DNA from: Cyanophora paradoxa CCMP329
Taxonomy: Eukaryota > Plantae > Glaucophyta
NCBI GenBank assembly: GCA_004431415.1
Contig: QPMI01000514.1
Span: 124,001-188,000, forward strand
Reading direction: 5' to 3'
DNA length: 64,000 bases
Every line of letters begins with the position of its first letter. Position 1 is the first letter of the stretch. A model generated the notes under the pieces. That model worked only from the letters and a program-made list of their open reading frames with translations, did not search any database and was not told the origin of the DNA. The position numbers and the translations under genes were made by a program. Below are positions 23,465 through 35,457 of the stretch, one piece after another.

Positions 23465-26400
23465 TCAGCGTGTGGCGCCAGCGGGCGGCCCGAGGGCGGC
23501 CGAGAGGCGCCGGGCCTCGAGGGGATCGTTCCTCGTGATCGCCCCGCCGGCCGCCCGCGGCATGCGGAGCAGCAACACGGCGCGCCCCGCCCCGGCCGCC
23601 CGCAGCGGCTCCCGCCGGGGCGGCCGCATCGCCCGCCGCAACACCTCGCGGTGGTGCGCGGAGGAGGGGCCGAGGGGTCCCCCCCGCCGCCGCCGCGCGG
23701 GGCGGGGGCCGGCGGGAACTCGGCGGGGGGCGCCGAGAGGGATCGGACCAAGTACAAGGGGGCAGGCGGCGGGGGCACGGCCAGGCCGGAGGGGTACCGG
23801 GGCGCCTGGCCTCGGTCCGGCGCCGCGCCTCGAACGCGTCGGCCGCCGAGACCGGGCGCCGCTGCTGCACGGCCGAGCCGCCCAGGTCGGGGACGGAAGT
23901 GGCCGGGTGGAGGGGTACGGGCGCGCCGGGCGGCGCCGGCGCGGTCCGAGGGCGGTGGGGGGAGGAGCGTAGCCAGAGGGGTACGCGGGAGAGGGCCCAC
24001 GCGGCGTCGTCAGAGGGGGTAAGCGGGCGGGGATCAGGGGCTGGAGGCGCGGTGGTCGTCGGCCGAGGGGCGCGGGGAACTGTCGGCGGAGGCTGCGGAG
24101 AGGGCGGCCGAGGGGGTGGCGGCGGGGCGGAGGGGTACGGCGTGCGCAGGCGCGGCGGCGGCGGCGGCGGCGGCGAGCGCGGTGATCGTGCGGGGGCTGG
24201 GGCGCAGGGCGGCGAGGCCGGCCGCCTCCCGCTGCTCCCCCTCCTGCTCTGGGGGCACGGGTGCCGGCTGCTCGGGCTCGGGGGCCGGCGGGTCCGAGGA
24301 GAAGGAGCGGAGGGAGGAGGCGGCGTCGGGCGCAGCCGCCGCGTCGCTCCTCAGCTGAGCGCCCCGTGAGGCCGGCCCGAGGGGGAGCACCCGACACGGG
24401 CGGCCGGGGGCACCTGGTCCATGAAGGCGGAGAGGAAGCGGGAGGAGCGGATGAGGTCGTCCCCCGACTCCGAGTCCGTGCCCCACGGCTCCGGCGGCCG
24501 CAGCGCCGCCCGCGCGTCGGCGTCCACAACGACTCTGCCGAAAGAATTCCATCCGGCGACGCGAGGGGGAGAGAGGCCCGAGGTAGACGACGTACCCGGG
24601 GCGGTGGACGGCGGGGAGGGGTACCCTGGAGGAGGGAGGGGCGCGGCGGGGGGACGAGGGGCGCTGCGGGGGAGACGTGCGGGAGGCGGGGGCGGGAGGG
24701 CCGGGGGCACCCGCTGGGGGACTCGGAGCGGTCGCGGGAGCGGGGGCGGCGCGGGGCCGGCGCCGGGGGCGGCCGGGCGGCGGCGGGGCGGGCGGGGCCA
24801 GGGCCGGGGCCGGCGGGGCGGAGGGAGGGCCGCCCTCGGGCCCGTCGGAGGCCTCCCCGAGGTCCGAGGCGGAGGCGGGGGCGACGCCGGCAGCAGGCGG
24901 CGCCCCCGGGGCGGCCGGCTCTCGCGGCGGGCTCTGCGGCTCCGGCGACGCATCCCCGTCCCCGTCGCCCCCAGGCGCCCGCCGCACCTGCAGCCGCACC
25001 CCGCTCGGCACGGCGCGCGCTTGCGGTCGGGGCTGGGCGGGCGAGGACGAGGGGGGTACCTTCTCGGAGCGCGTGGGCACCTGGCTCGAGGCGCTCCGCA
25101 CCCCCACGATCCCCGAGTCCGACGCGCGCCGCTGCACCTGCGGCGGCCGTTTCTTCCGAGAAACCGCGCTCGGGCCGGTGGGTGAGAGGGGGTACCGTGA
25201 GCGGCGTCGAGAGCGCCCTCTTTCCCCCCTGCTCCTCCAGCATCACCTGGGGTACGGGTGTGGGTACTGTGATTTGCGCGCCGCTTCGGAGCTCCGAGGA
25301 GGGGTACAGCGGACCTGGCGGAACGTTCGTCGGAGGGTCGCGAGGATGGAGCGCTTCCTGTTCGTCTGCGCGGGGCCGCCCTCGGCCTACGGGGGTACAG
25401 GAAATGAGGCGTCAGGGGGGCGGGGGGCGAAGGGGGCGCGGCTGACGGGCGGGGGATCGGGGCCCGTGGGTAGGGTAGAGGCTCGCCGAGCCTCGGCCAA
25501 GCCCGACTGGAGAATCCTGAGAGCGCGCGGGGTACGAGGATCGGAACGCCTCCGGAAGAAGCGGGGCGCCGCGGAGACGAACCGCGCGGCAAGATCCGGA
25601 TCCAGGGAGCCCGGCTGCGGGCGTTCGCGATCAGGGGGAGCTTCCCAGGAGGGGCGGAGGGCCGGCGCGCACGCGGCTGGGCCTCCCGGCGCTCTTCCTG
25701 CTCGCTGCGCCCGCGCTCCGCCCGCTGGCCGCGCTCGCCGCTGTCCTTCGCGTCGGCGCCGCGCCGCTCCGGCGGCTGACGACGCTCGGCGCGGCGCTGG
25801 CGTGGCCGCTCGCCGGCGCGCTTCTTTTCCCCGCCTCTGCCTCCCCCTCCTCCCCCTCCTCCTCGCCCTCTTCCTCGGCGGTTTCGCTGTGGGGAAGCTC
25901 GGCCCTGGGGCGGGCGCGGGGCGGGGGCGGGAGGGGGCGCACGCGAGCATCTCCTCGACGACGGAGCTGGCGCGGCTGCGCGCCTTGCGCGACCGGTTGT
26001 ACCGCGCCGCCCGCGCCCGCGCCCGCCGCACCATCGCCAGGAAGAGCGTCCACTCCTGTCCCCGCCGCGCTCGGCCGGGTCGGGCGCGGCGCACGCGCGC
26101 GCGCGTTCGAGAGAGCGGGCGCACCGTGAAGTCAGGCGCCTGCTCGTACTGCCCTTCCTCGCCCGCCGCCACCAGCTCATCTTCCAGCGCATCCAGCCTG
26201 CGAAAGGGGCTCGGACCTCGGCGAGGCGAGGCGCGTGGGGCTCGACGTTTCCGCGGGCCGGGTTTGGGGCCGGCCTTGAAAGTCTTAGCTATCTTGGAGT
26301 TGGCGGGGAGGGAGCCAGCCATACAAGCACAAAGGCCATCCCTAGCTTAAGTGGGCTCTAGGCCGGGCGCCAGAGCCGCAGCGCCGGACGCACACGTCAA

Positions 26401-26533
26401 GCTCCGGCTCCTGCACGGCGCGGGCAAGGACAGACGAGTTCGTGGCCTCAGCGAACTCGTAGCCGCTGTCCTCGCCTTCTCCTTCCTCGAGCTCGTCAAA
26501 GACTCCGGAGGAGCGGGCGCGGGAGCTCGGCAT
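23465..26533 (-). CDS. Hypothetical low-complexity multi-exon protein
   Basis: MPSSRARSSGVFDELEEGEGEDSGYEFAEA.., LDALEDELVAAGEEGQYEQAPDFT, QEWTLFLAMVRRAR and DDLIRSSRFLSAFMDQV, with minus-strand intron signals. Ends approximate. Confidence 0.5.
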
Positions 26534-26984
26534 CGGTGCTGGGTTTGTGCAGGTGTGGAGAATGCCAGAAGATCAACTAGCTAGCCTCGAGCTCGCATCT
26601 TTTTCCACCAAACTGGGTTGGCGTGCCACTTTTCATGTACCCACAAGCGCGACGTGGCGCGTCTTTAGCGCGGCGCAGCGCGCGGCGCGCCTGGCCGCAC
26701 CACAACAGCGGCTGCACGTCTACAGGGCTGTAGTGACGGAACCCGGCCTGGCAGTGACCGCCGCATCAGCTTTCGGTGGTTGCCCCTCCGCGAGCTCCAC
26801 GGTCACTGTGGCCGCCCGGCGCCGCAGCGGGCGCCGGTCTGAACCCAGACGGCTTTGCGGATTCAGATACAGACTTGGCCACGCGCAAATGCGCAGCAGG
26901 CAGCAGCGATAACTAGCTATGGCCGCGGCCGAGGCCTAGGTTACGAAGCCGCGGCCCTCGTGGCGGGCCCGCCTCCATTTAGCG

Positions 26985-28290
26985 ATGGCCAGGAGGAATC
27001 TGAACGGTCTGAATTCTTTCCTGCTCAACACCGCGGGGATCGGCGGCGAAGTGTTCGGAGGCGCCGGCCGCGGGCGGTCCGGATCCCAGTCGGACCGTTC
27101 GGGGCCGCCCTCGGCGACCTCCTCCACCCATTCCTTCTCGCTCCCTCCTCTCTCCGCCCCATCCAGCTCCAGCGTTCTCTCCTTCCTCTCTCCGCGCTCG
27201 CCCAGCCTCTCGGCCGAATCGTTCCCGCGTTCGCCCAGCCTCCGCTTCGAGCCCGAGCTTCCCCAAATCGACGTCGAGCGCCTCCGCTCCCGCAACAGCA
27301 GCTTCACGGCAGGCGCGGATCCGGCTGGGTGCGCCGCCCGCGTTCCTTGTGCCATTCGCGCACCGTAGCAATCTGATCGTGCCCGGATCCGTCCAGGCGC
27401 GACTGGCTGCAGAGCAAGCGGGCGGTGCTCCCTGCGATCGCAGATGCGAAGAAGCGGCTCGTCGGTGCGCTGCGAAGGGGAGCGCAGTTTGAACGAGCGC
27501 CTGCCGCACGCATCTTTGCATCCATCGCTAACGGCGCGCGCCGCGCCGGCGCCGCTCGTCCGCAGCGCTCCAGGGCGTCATCATCTACGGGAGGCCGTAC
27601 TGGAGGCGGCTGCCCGCGAGCTACCGCCACGACGTGCGCGCCGACGTCGTCGCGGCGAGGGAGGTGCGCTCGCGGCCGCCCCCCCCTCCCCCCCCTCCCC
27701 CCCCTCCCCTCCTCTCTCCCCCTTCTCCCCGGAATCGAACCCGGATCGCAGGCGTGCTCGAGGGTGACGGCCTTCTGGGACATGTGGGCGGACTACGCCC
27801 CGCCGCTGCCGGAGCCGCGCGAGGACGGCCCCCAGTCGGGCCACGCCGCCCTTGTCCGGCGTACCCAGGAGGCGCGCCTGCATCCCCCCATCACCCAATC
27901 TAGTCTAATCGTGTACCCCTGCAGGTCATCGAGGCCCTGGACTGGGCGTCGCGCTGCGTGACGGGCGCGGCGGGGCGCGGATTCTTCGCCGACCGCTCCC
28001 GCTGCGCCGGTGCGCCGGGGTACCGCGACTCCAACAAAGCCCTTGTCTGACATTGCGCGTCGCAGACTTCTGCAAGTGGGCGTCGTGGGCCTGCGAGGAC
28101 CTCTCCGCGTCGGCCGCCGCCTCCCGCTCGGTCCGTCGCACCCCGCTTCTATCAATCGTCCCTCGGGGATCCGAACCCGCGTGCGGGGCAGCGGGTCTCG
28201 GACCTGATGGCGCGGCTGGCCGTCCTGCGGGCCGCCCCGCCCCTGGAGGGCAGCGACGAGCAGGCCCACGAGCTCGAGCACGAGATTTGA
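26985..28290 (+). CDS. Hypothetical protein
   Basis: MARRNLNGLNSFLLN.., GVIIYGRPYWRRLPASYRHDVRADVV, ACSRVTAFWDMWADY, DFCKWASWACEDL, ..EQAHELEHEI* with consistent GT/GC-AG introns. Confidence 0.55.
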
Positions 28291-28368
28291 TCCGAGCACG
28301 CGCTCTCGGCTCGTCCAGTCGTTCTTGCCAACGTTGGTTTCTTCCCGTCGGGCCCGGGGGCCGCCCCA

Positions 28369-29292
28369 GGTCTTAAGCTTTCAGAACTAGCTATAGTGTG
28401 TGGTGCCGCGCCCCTGTTCTGCCGACTACCAACTGTACATAGCTCAGCCTGCTGCGCTAGCTGTTCGAATTCGGGGCCTGGCCTGCGAATCGCGCGTTGC
28501 AGTTACAGTCGCTCATTTAATTTCCCTCGAGCTCTCCGGCCCTCTCCGATTTTTGGTTTAGTTCGGTCTAGTTCGGATTCTGATCGTAGTGCTGATGCTA
28601 GAGTTAGTTTCAATACTAGCTATAGTCCTCGTGCTCGACCTGTTGTTCGCCGTCGTTTGCAGTTCGACTGCCCGCCTCGACCCCGGCCGGCTTTAGTGAT
28701 TCCTTTGACTGTCCTTTTGCCTGCTCTTGATCCGCCTGCTCCGCCTCCTGTGTCCTCCTCGACCTCGTGCCGTAGCTCTGCCCTTTCGCGTCGTCCTGCT
28801 TCGCCTCCGCCTCCGCGTCGTCTTGTTGTTCCTCTTACTTGTCTGCTTCCTGTTATTTATCTTTCTCAAATTTGTCCTCCGCTTCTTAGTGATGTAATTC
28901 CTTCCGATATTGATGGTATCTCTAGCTCTGGCTCTTCTTCGTGTCAGTCATCCTCTGTCCCTAGATCTGCTCGATTTCTCGTCTCTTCTCGATCTGTCTC
29001 GAGCTCCGTGTCTTTTCTTTTTTATTGTCGATTTTGGCTCTTTGTCTTATCTTTCTTCGTGCTCTTGTCTTAGTTATTTTGCTTTTTTGTCTTTATGCCC
29101 CCTGGGCAGCCCCCGCAGTGCTGGTGTCTAGAGACTGTGGCCGGTAATTTACCAAAAAAAAAAATCTCCGATTTTTGGCAACTTCGCAATTTTAGCCCAT
29201 GGTCAGACCTGACTCAGTGATGTTTTAATTTCTTTTATCCCATGTCTGTTTCGCTTTCTTAGGTCTTAAGGGTCTTAAGCTTTCAGTACTAG
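28369..29292. mobile_element. T-rich, compositionally foreign insert bounded by direct repeats (probable mobile element remnant)
   Basis: GGTCTTAAGCTTTCAG(A/T)ACTAG at 28369-28390 and 29271-29292; internal repeat TCTCCGATTTTTGG at 28543 and 29165; intron-free ORF 28396-29073 with T-ending codons unlike host genes. Confidence 0.45.
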
Positions 29293-29647
29293 TATGTGGT
29301 TGCAGCCCCTGTATACGTACATGTATCCTCTATGAGGGCATGCGCACTGGTTGCAGGCTTACAGCCCGAATTCGAATCATAGAATGCACGAGTCCGCATT
29401 GTGTATATATAGAGTTCTTGCGTTGCCCGCTTATGTGCATGTGCAGTCACGTAAACAGGTAAATCAATCCAGACGAGAGCGGGGAGCGCCGGCCCGACCC
29501 TCTGAGCTCTCAGCGCCCGCCACCGCCAAATGTGCGCGCGAGCGTGGCGAGGGGTCCTACTCGATTGAAACCCCCCCGCGCCTCTCGAGCACACAGTGCG
29601 ATGCGCCAGGGAGCGGGGAGGGGAGGGCGCGGGGAGCGGGTGGCGGC

Positions 29648-32600
29648 TCAGCGGAAGCGGGCGCGGCCCTCGCGCTGGTCCTCCTCGGGGCTCTCGTACC
29701 CCAGCGCGTCCGCCTCCGTGAACTGCCCGGGGCGCGCCGAGGCGCTGCCGGCGGCGCAGCGTGAGCCCCGGAGACGGCGGGAAAGCGGGAGGGGGGGCAC
29801 CGGAGGTGGGCGCCGGCGTGGGCGGCGGCGGCGGCGGCGGGCCCGAAGCCGAGGGAGCTGCGGGACTCGGAGGCGCGGAGCTCGTACTCCTCGAGGCGCT
29901 CCTCCAGCTCCGCCACCTTCACCTGCGCGCCCCCGCCGCCCCGCCGCCTCAGCGCAGGCGCGCGGCCTCCGAGCTCCGAGCGCATGTATGGGCGGACCTC
30001 GAGGGCAGCGCGGATGCGGACGGTCTTGGGGACCTGGTGGATCTGGAAGTGGATGAGCTGCGGCCCCGGCCCGGCGGCGTCAGGCCGGATGGATCAGACG
30101 AGGTCAGATCAAGTCAGATCGGGGACCAGCTGGGAGATGAGGACGCAGTGCTCGACGAGGACGATGAAGCAGAGCTTGGAGACGAACGGGTGCTTCCAGC
30201 CGTTGAAGTACTGCGCGCACACGCGGGACCCTCTGAGCGGGGGGCGCGGGGGCGCGGGGCGGGGCGGGGCGGGCGTCGTTGAGGGTGGTGGAGACGAAGC
30301 CGAGGATGAAGCTGTTCGTCGTCTGCCGGGCGGGGCGCGTGAGGGGGGGATGCGCAGACGAGGGTCCCCGCGGGGGGAAGGGCCGGGGGCGGACGACGGC
30401 GACGGTGGACATGCCGAAGAGGATCCAGTTCCACACGCCGATCCCCTGCGCCATCTGCCGCGCCGCGCGCGTGAGCGGGTTGGACGCAGCGGCCCGGGGC
30501 CGCGCACCGCCGGGAAGGGCCGCTGCATCGTGTTCAGGAACTGCGGCGGGGGGGCGCGAATCAGAGCGGGCTGCGCTGTGCTCCCCGCCTCTTCCGCCCC
30601 GACCTTGAACATGTCGGAGCGGATCTCGATCAGGTTGTTCAAGAGGGCGAGCGCCGCCGACAGCGGGAAGCCGGCTGCATGGCACAGGGCGGGCGCGCTC
30701 AAGCGCAAGAGGGGCAGGGAGCGGCGGGCGGGAGAACGAAGGGGGTGCGCCGCACCCGCGAACATGGTGACGAGCCCGAACTGGAGCATGAGCTGTAGGG
30801 TATGGGGATTAAGGGGGGTACAAGAGGGCGGAGAAAGGAGGGTTTGGGGTACCTCGGCGTAATCGTCGACGACTGGTGGGGACGAAAGGCGGTGCGCGGT
30901 TGGCGAGTGCGCACAGGGGAGGAAGGGGGGGGGGGGGGGGGGGGGAGGAGGGGAGGGGGAGGGTGAAGGGAGGGGGGAGGGGAGCGGGCGGGGGGGTGGC
31001 GTACGGTTGGCGCTGCAGCGGGCCGTCAGCGGAGGGGAGGGGGCACGGCAGGGGTACGAGCGCACGTGAAAGTGTTGCGGTTCGCCTCCGCGATGGTCTC
31101 GCCCAGCTGGCTCTTCATGCTCGGCCGCTGTGGGGGTACACGCAGCTCAGCGGAGGCCGCGGGGTACAGGCAATAGGCGCAGGGCGGCGAGCTGCGCACC
31201 CCGGCGGGGCCGGGCCCGAGCTGGTCCATGGGGACGAGCCCCTGGCGCATGTCCTGCTCCCGCTTCTGTGTTGCCCGCCGCAGGGTGCTCCACTTCTGCC
31301 ACTTGTACTTCTGCGGCCGGCGTCGGCACGAGACGAAGGAATCGGAGGGCGACGCAAGGCGGGGGCGGGGGCGGACGAGGTAGGGGATGATGTTCTCCTG
31401 GACGTTGCCGATGAGGAGCTGGAAGGTGAAGATCGAGAGCAGCGCGTACGAGAGATCGTACATGCAGTTCTGCGCGCGCGGCGGGCCGGCGGGGCGGGGC
31501 GGTGAGCTGGCGCTCGACGTCGACCCGAGGGGCGCATTCGTGCTCAGGCAGGGCCCGCCAGCTGGCGTTGAGCGAGGCCGAGGCTAGTGCTAAGCGCGCC
31601 GGCGCACCGGGGGCCCGTTGGTGACGGCGGGGAGGCAGCGCTCCTTCGCCCCCGGCAGCAGCTCCATCTCCCACGCCCTGAGGGAGGAGGGAGGGGGCAG
31701 AATGAGGGAGGGAGGAGGGGGGAGGGGGAGGGGGCACAGGGCCCGCGCACTTGACCGAGATGATGAAGAAGTACGACGCGTACCCCGTCACGAACTGCGC
31801 GGGGAGGCGCGGCGCTGAGAGAGGGGTACGGGGGTTCGAGGGGGGGACACGCGGACCTGGAAGAGGAAGATCTTGAAGACGTAGGAGTTGTCCCAGGAGG
31901 ACTGCTTGCGCCAGTTCTGCTTGTCCGTGAGCCAGTGCGCGACCCTGGACGCGGAGTTAGACTCCGATGGAGACGATCAATTGATCGAAGCGTAAGGGCG
32001 CGCCTGTTGAAGCCGAAGTAGGAGAGCTGCGTGAAGACGGTGATGGAGGGGCCCACGACGACCGAGGCGACCAGCGGGCTGAACGCGTGCTGCAGGAACT
32101 GCGCGGCGGGGGTCGGCGAGAGAGGGGGACGCGGACGGGGAGCAAGGGGGAAGGAAGGGGGGATACCGCGCGCAGGCCGAGGAGGGAGAAGACGACGGTC
32201 CAGACGCAGGCGATGCAGACCTGCGCGGGGCAGAGGCGGCGTCGGCCGGCGGGCGGGAGCCGCGCGGGCGGATCACGGCGACTCGGAGAGAAACGGGCGG
32301 GCGGGCGGGCGGGCGACTAGATGGAGAGACACATGCATGGATGGGCAGAGTGATGGGGGGGACGGGAGGGGCGGGGGGACGGGCGGGCGGGGCGGACCAT
32401 GGTGACGACGAGGGAGACGATGCGCCACTCGTGGCGGGGCCGCGCGTGCCGCCGCCAGATGAACTGCGACGCGAACGCCGGGGGGAACTGCGGGCGGGGT
32501 GAGAGGGGAGGCGGGGAGGGGAGGGGGGCGGTGCACGCACGCGGCGCAGCCAGCGCTGGAAGAAGCTGCGCCCCCGCCCCCGTGAGCGGTCGGCTGGGGG

Positions 32601-35110
32601 CGGGCGGCCCCCCAGGCGGACGGCCCCCCAGGCGGACGGCACCTCTGCGGCATGTTCTCCTCAAACCCGACCCACGTCGTCTGCGTCCCGCCCGCAGCGT
32701 TAGCTCGACGGCGCCGGGCGGCCCTAGATACTAGGCGGCGGGGCGCCGCATCCCGCCGCCCGCGGAGCGGAGCGCTTCGATTCGAGCGGCGGTGGCGCTG
32801 GCGCACGAACCTCGTCGGCGAAGCAGCCCGCGTCAGTCCCGTCGGGGCTCTTCCCGGTTCCTGCCCGAGCCGCCCTGTCAGCGGCCGGGGGCGCAGAAGG
32901 AGAAGAGGGGGGCACCCTCGTAGCCGGGGCGGTCGCGCTCGCGGGTCTCCAGGTCCGTCATGCCCCAGCGGAAGCGGAAGCGCGCCTGGAGGCGGCATAA
33001 GAGAAGGAAAGGGGGGGGTTCCAGGCGGGAGGGGTGCGCGCCTGGACGCGGGTCCAGTGGACGGTGAACAGGGCCGCGCCGCAGGCGACCAGCACGCAGA
33101 AGGGGCCCGTGATCCAGCTGTCGTCTGCACCGTCCCGGGCGAGGTGAGCTTTCGCATGCAGGTCCGTGCGCAGGGCCGGCGGGGCGCTCACAGGCGATCG
33201 GCTGCTCGTAGTGCGAGATCTGCGGCCCGGCTTGGCCCGGCGGTTCGCGGGGAGGGCAGGGGGCGGGGCTGGAGGGGAACAAGGCGCACGCCGGTGGCGG
33301 CATCGCGGACGAGCACGGGGTTCGAGCGGTTCGTGTACTGGAAGATCGCAGCGACTGCGGAGAAGGGCGGGGGTAGAGCGTTGGCGACGCTGGGGGATGA
33401 GGACAGAGAGTGGTCTAGCAAAGCGAGCCGCGCACTGATCCCAATGATACTCTGCGCGGGACGCGACGGTAAGCGGCGGAGAACGGGTGTTGAGAGGAAT
33501 GCGGGAGGGGGCTACCAGAATTGCGAGCCAGCGGTTGTACGTGTCGACGAAAGCGAACTGCGGGGAGGGAGGGGGACACGGTCTCGCGGTGGGTACGGGA
33601 CTGCGGAGGGGGGTACACGAACGTAGAATGCGACACTCTCGCCAAAGTACTCGCGGCACTCGTCGATGGGGAGGCTCGAGAAGGGGCTACGCCACGCGAA
33701 CCACTTTTGGCTGCGGCGAAAGCACGCTCGGTCCGGACGAACGGGGTTCCAGTAAGGCCGCCGGGGTACCTAAGCTGCTTCATGTGCTCCATGTCGTGCA
33801 GAGGGAACCACTGCGAGGGGGTACAGCTTAAGACGAGCCGCGCGCCTCTCCCCGACGCCCGCACCTGGACCACGTGGCCATTCTTGATGAGGCTCCTGCG
33901 TACCCCCGAGACGCTGAGTCCCCCGAAGGGATGTGGGGGGTACGGCGTACTCGAAGTCGAGGGCGGCGCCGCCGCGGAACTTGGGAGCCTCCAGGAGGAA
34001 CTGCAGGATGCGGATGCCTGCGGGGGTGCGTGAGGCTCCATCTAAAGACCGTACCCGGTGCGACCCGAGGAAGAAGCGCACGGTCCGTGGAGGAGAAGAA
34101 GGAGACGCTGTTCGGGGCGGGGTGGAAGAACTCCGCCTCGGAGCGCTTGAAGGGGCGGATCCCCTCCAGCGACATCTTGTTGAACTGCGCGCGAACGCGA
34201 TTCGGATTTGATCCGGATCGAATTGCGATGCGGCGGACGGGCCTTGGGGTCGTCGATCTGGCGGCAGTTCATCGGGAGCTGCATCACCTCGGCGGCCTTC
34301 ATTAGGACGGCGTCCGTCGCTCCGACCTGCGTGCGGGCCGAGCGGTCGCGGGAAGCGGCGCGGGACGCAGCGCGGCGGAGAAGCTCGCCTTGATGTAGTA
34401 CTCGGAGTCAGTGGTGATCTTCGTGATCGTAAGGCCGATCTGTAGCGGGCGTCAAGCGCGGCCAGTGCGTCAAAGCAGAGCGGGGCCGGAGGGCGCACGG
34501 CGCGCAGCGCATTCACAGTCGCGCGACGGTTCTGGATGTGGTCAATGATCTCGCGGCGCTGCTGCTCCTCATTCACGCTGCGCTCCGAGCGCTTAGCGAG
34601 ATAGTCTCTTCAGTGTGACGGAGCCTCGCACAGGAAGAGCGAGCCGCGGCGACGCGCAACGGGAGCTCCGTTCTGGGGAGCTCCGGCTGCCTCCGGCTCC
34701 AGCTCGATGTACTTCTGACCCCAGGGGAACTCGATAACCTGCTCAGCGTCAGTCGAGCGATGGCTGGCCAGATAGCCCGACGAGCAGCCCGAAGGCCCGC
34801 CTCGGCCGAGACGAGCAGGTCGACTCCGGAAAATCGTTCGCACCACGTCGAGCGGCACGAACGACGCATCGGCGGCGGCGATGGGCTGGCCGGGACGCGA
34901 AGGTTCACGCAACGGCGGGGCCCCATACGGGACGTCGTAGCCTGCGACTACCGGAGCCCCGTAGCCACCGACTACCGGGGCGCCAGGCGGCGGGCCGTAG
35001 CCGCCCGGGGCTCCGTAAGCGGCGCCGTAGCCGCCTGGGGCGCCGGCGCTGTAGCCCGGCGGCTGAAAGCGGATCTCCTCCAAGCCGGCGGTTGGCCGTC
35101 TGAACGCCAT
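29648..35110 (-). CDS. Anoctamin/TMEM16 family Ca2+-activated channel or scramblase
   Basis: WFPLHD, LPIDECREYFGESVAFY|FAFVDTYNRWL, FRWGMTDLETRERDRPGYEG, WLTDKQNWRKQSSWDNSYVFKIFLFQ|FVTGYASYFFI, DDYAE|LMLQFGLVTMFA, FPLSAALALLNNLIEIRSDMFK, QRPFP, AQGIGVWNWIL and VLVEH are all TMEM16 signature motifs. Confidence 0.93.
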
Positions 35111-35457
35111 CGCGGCTCGCAGCTGGAGCCCGAAGCTTAAGGCGACGTCGACAAGTCGTGGGCGCGACTACTCTTGACCTGTATACGTACCCTGCCAGTT
35201 GGGGGGTCTTTCGGGGAATCGGTTAACGTTGGACTTCAAATTCGGCCGGCCGCGCGGCGCGCGCACGTGCTGGTCGTGAGAAGGGCCCGGCCTGCGCGCA
35301 ACGGGTGCAGCTGGGGCCTGCAGCTGTTCAATGGTTATCTAAGCCGGTGTCTCCACGCGCGCGGCGCCCAAGCTTAAGGGTCGCCCGGCTTGCTCTGCCG
35401 GCGCCAGGCTAATCCGAGGTTGAAGTCGATATAATTTAAAAGCGGCCGAAATCAAAG

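Noticed and set aside
27725-27780. tRNA-like T-arm (CCGGGTTCGATTCC on the minus strand)
   Set aside because: No D-arm, anticodon arm or pairing acceptor stem; it lies at an intron 3' end of a plus-strand gene.
29095-29135. Helitron 3' end (hairpin followed by CTAG)
   Set aside because: The hairpin is weak, CTAG is not followed by T, no 5' TC boundary is identifiable, and CTAG is common locally.
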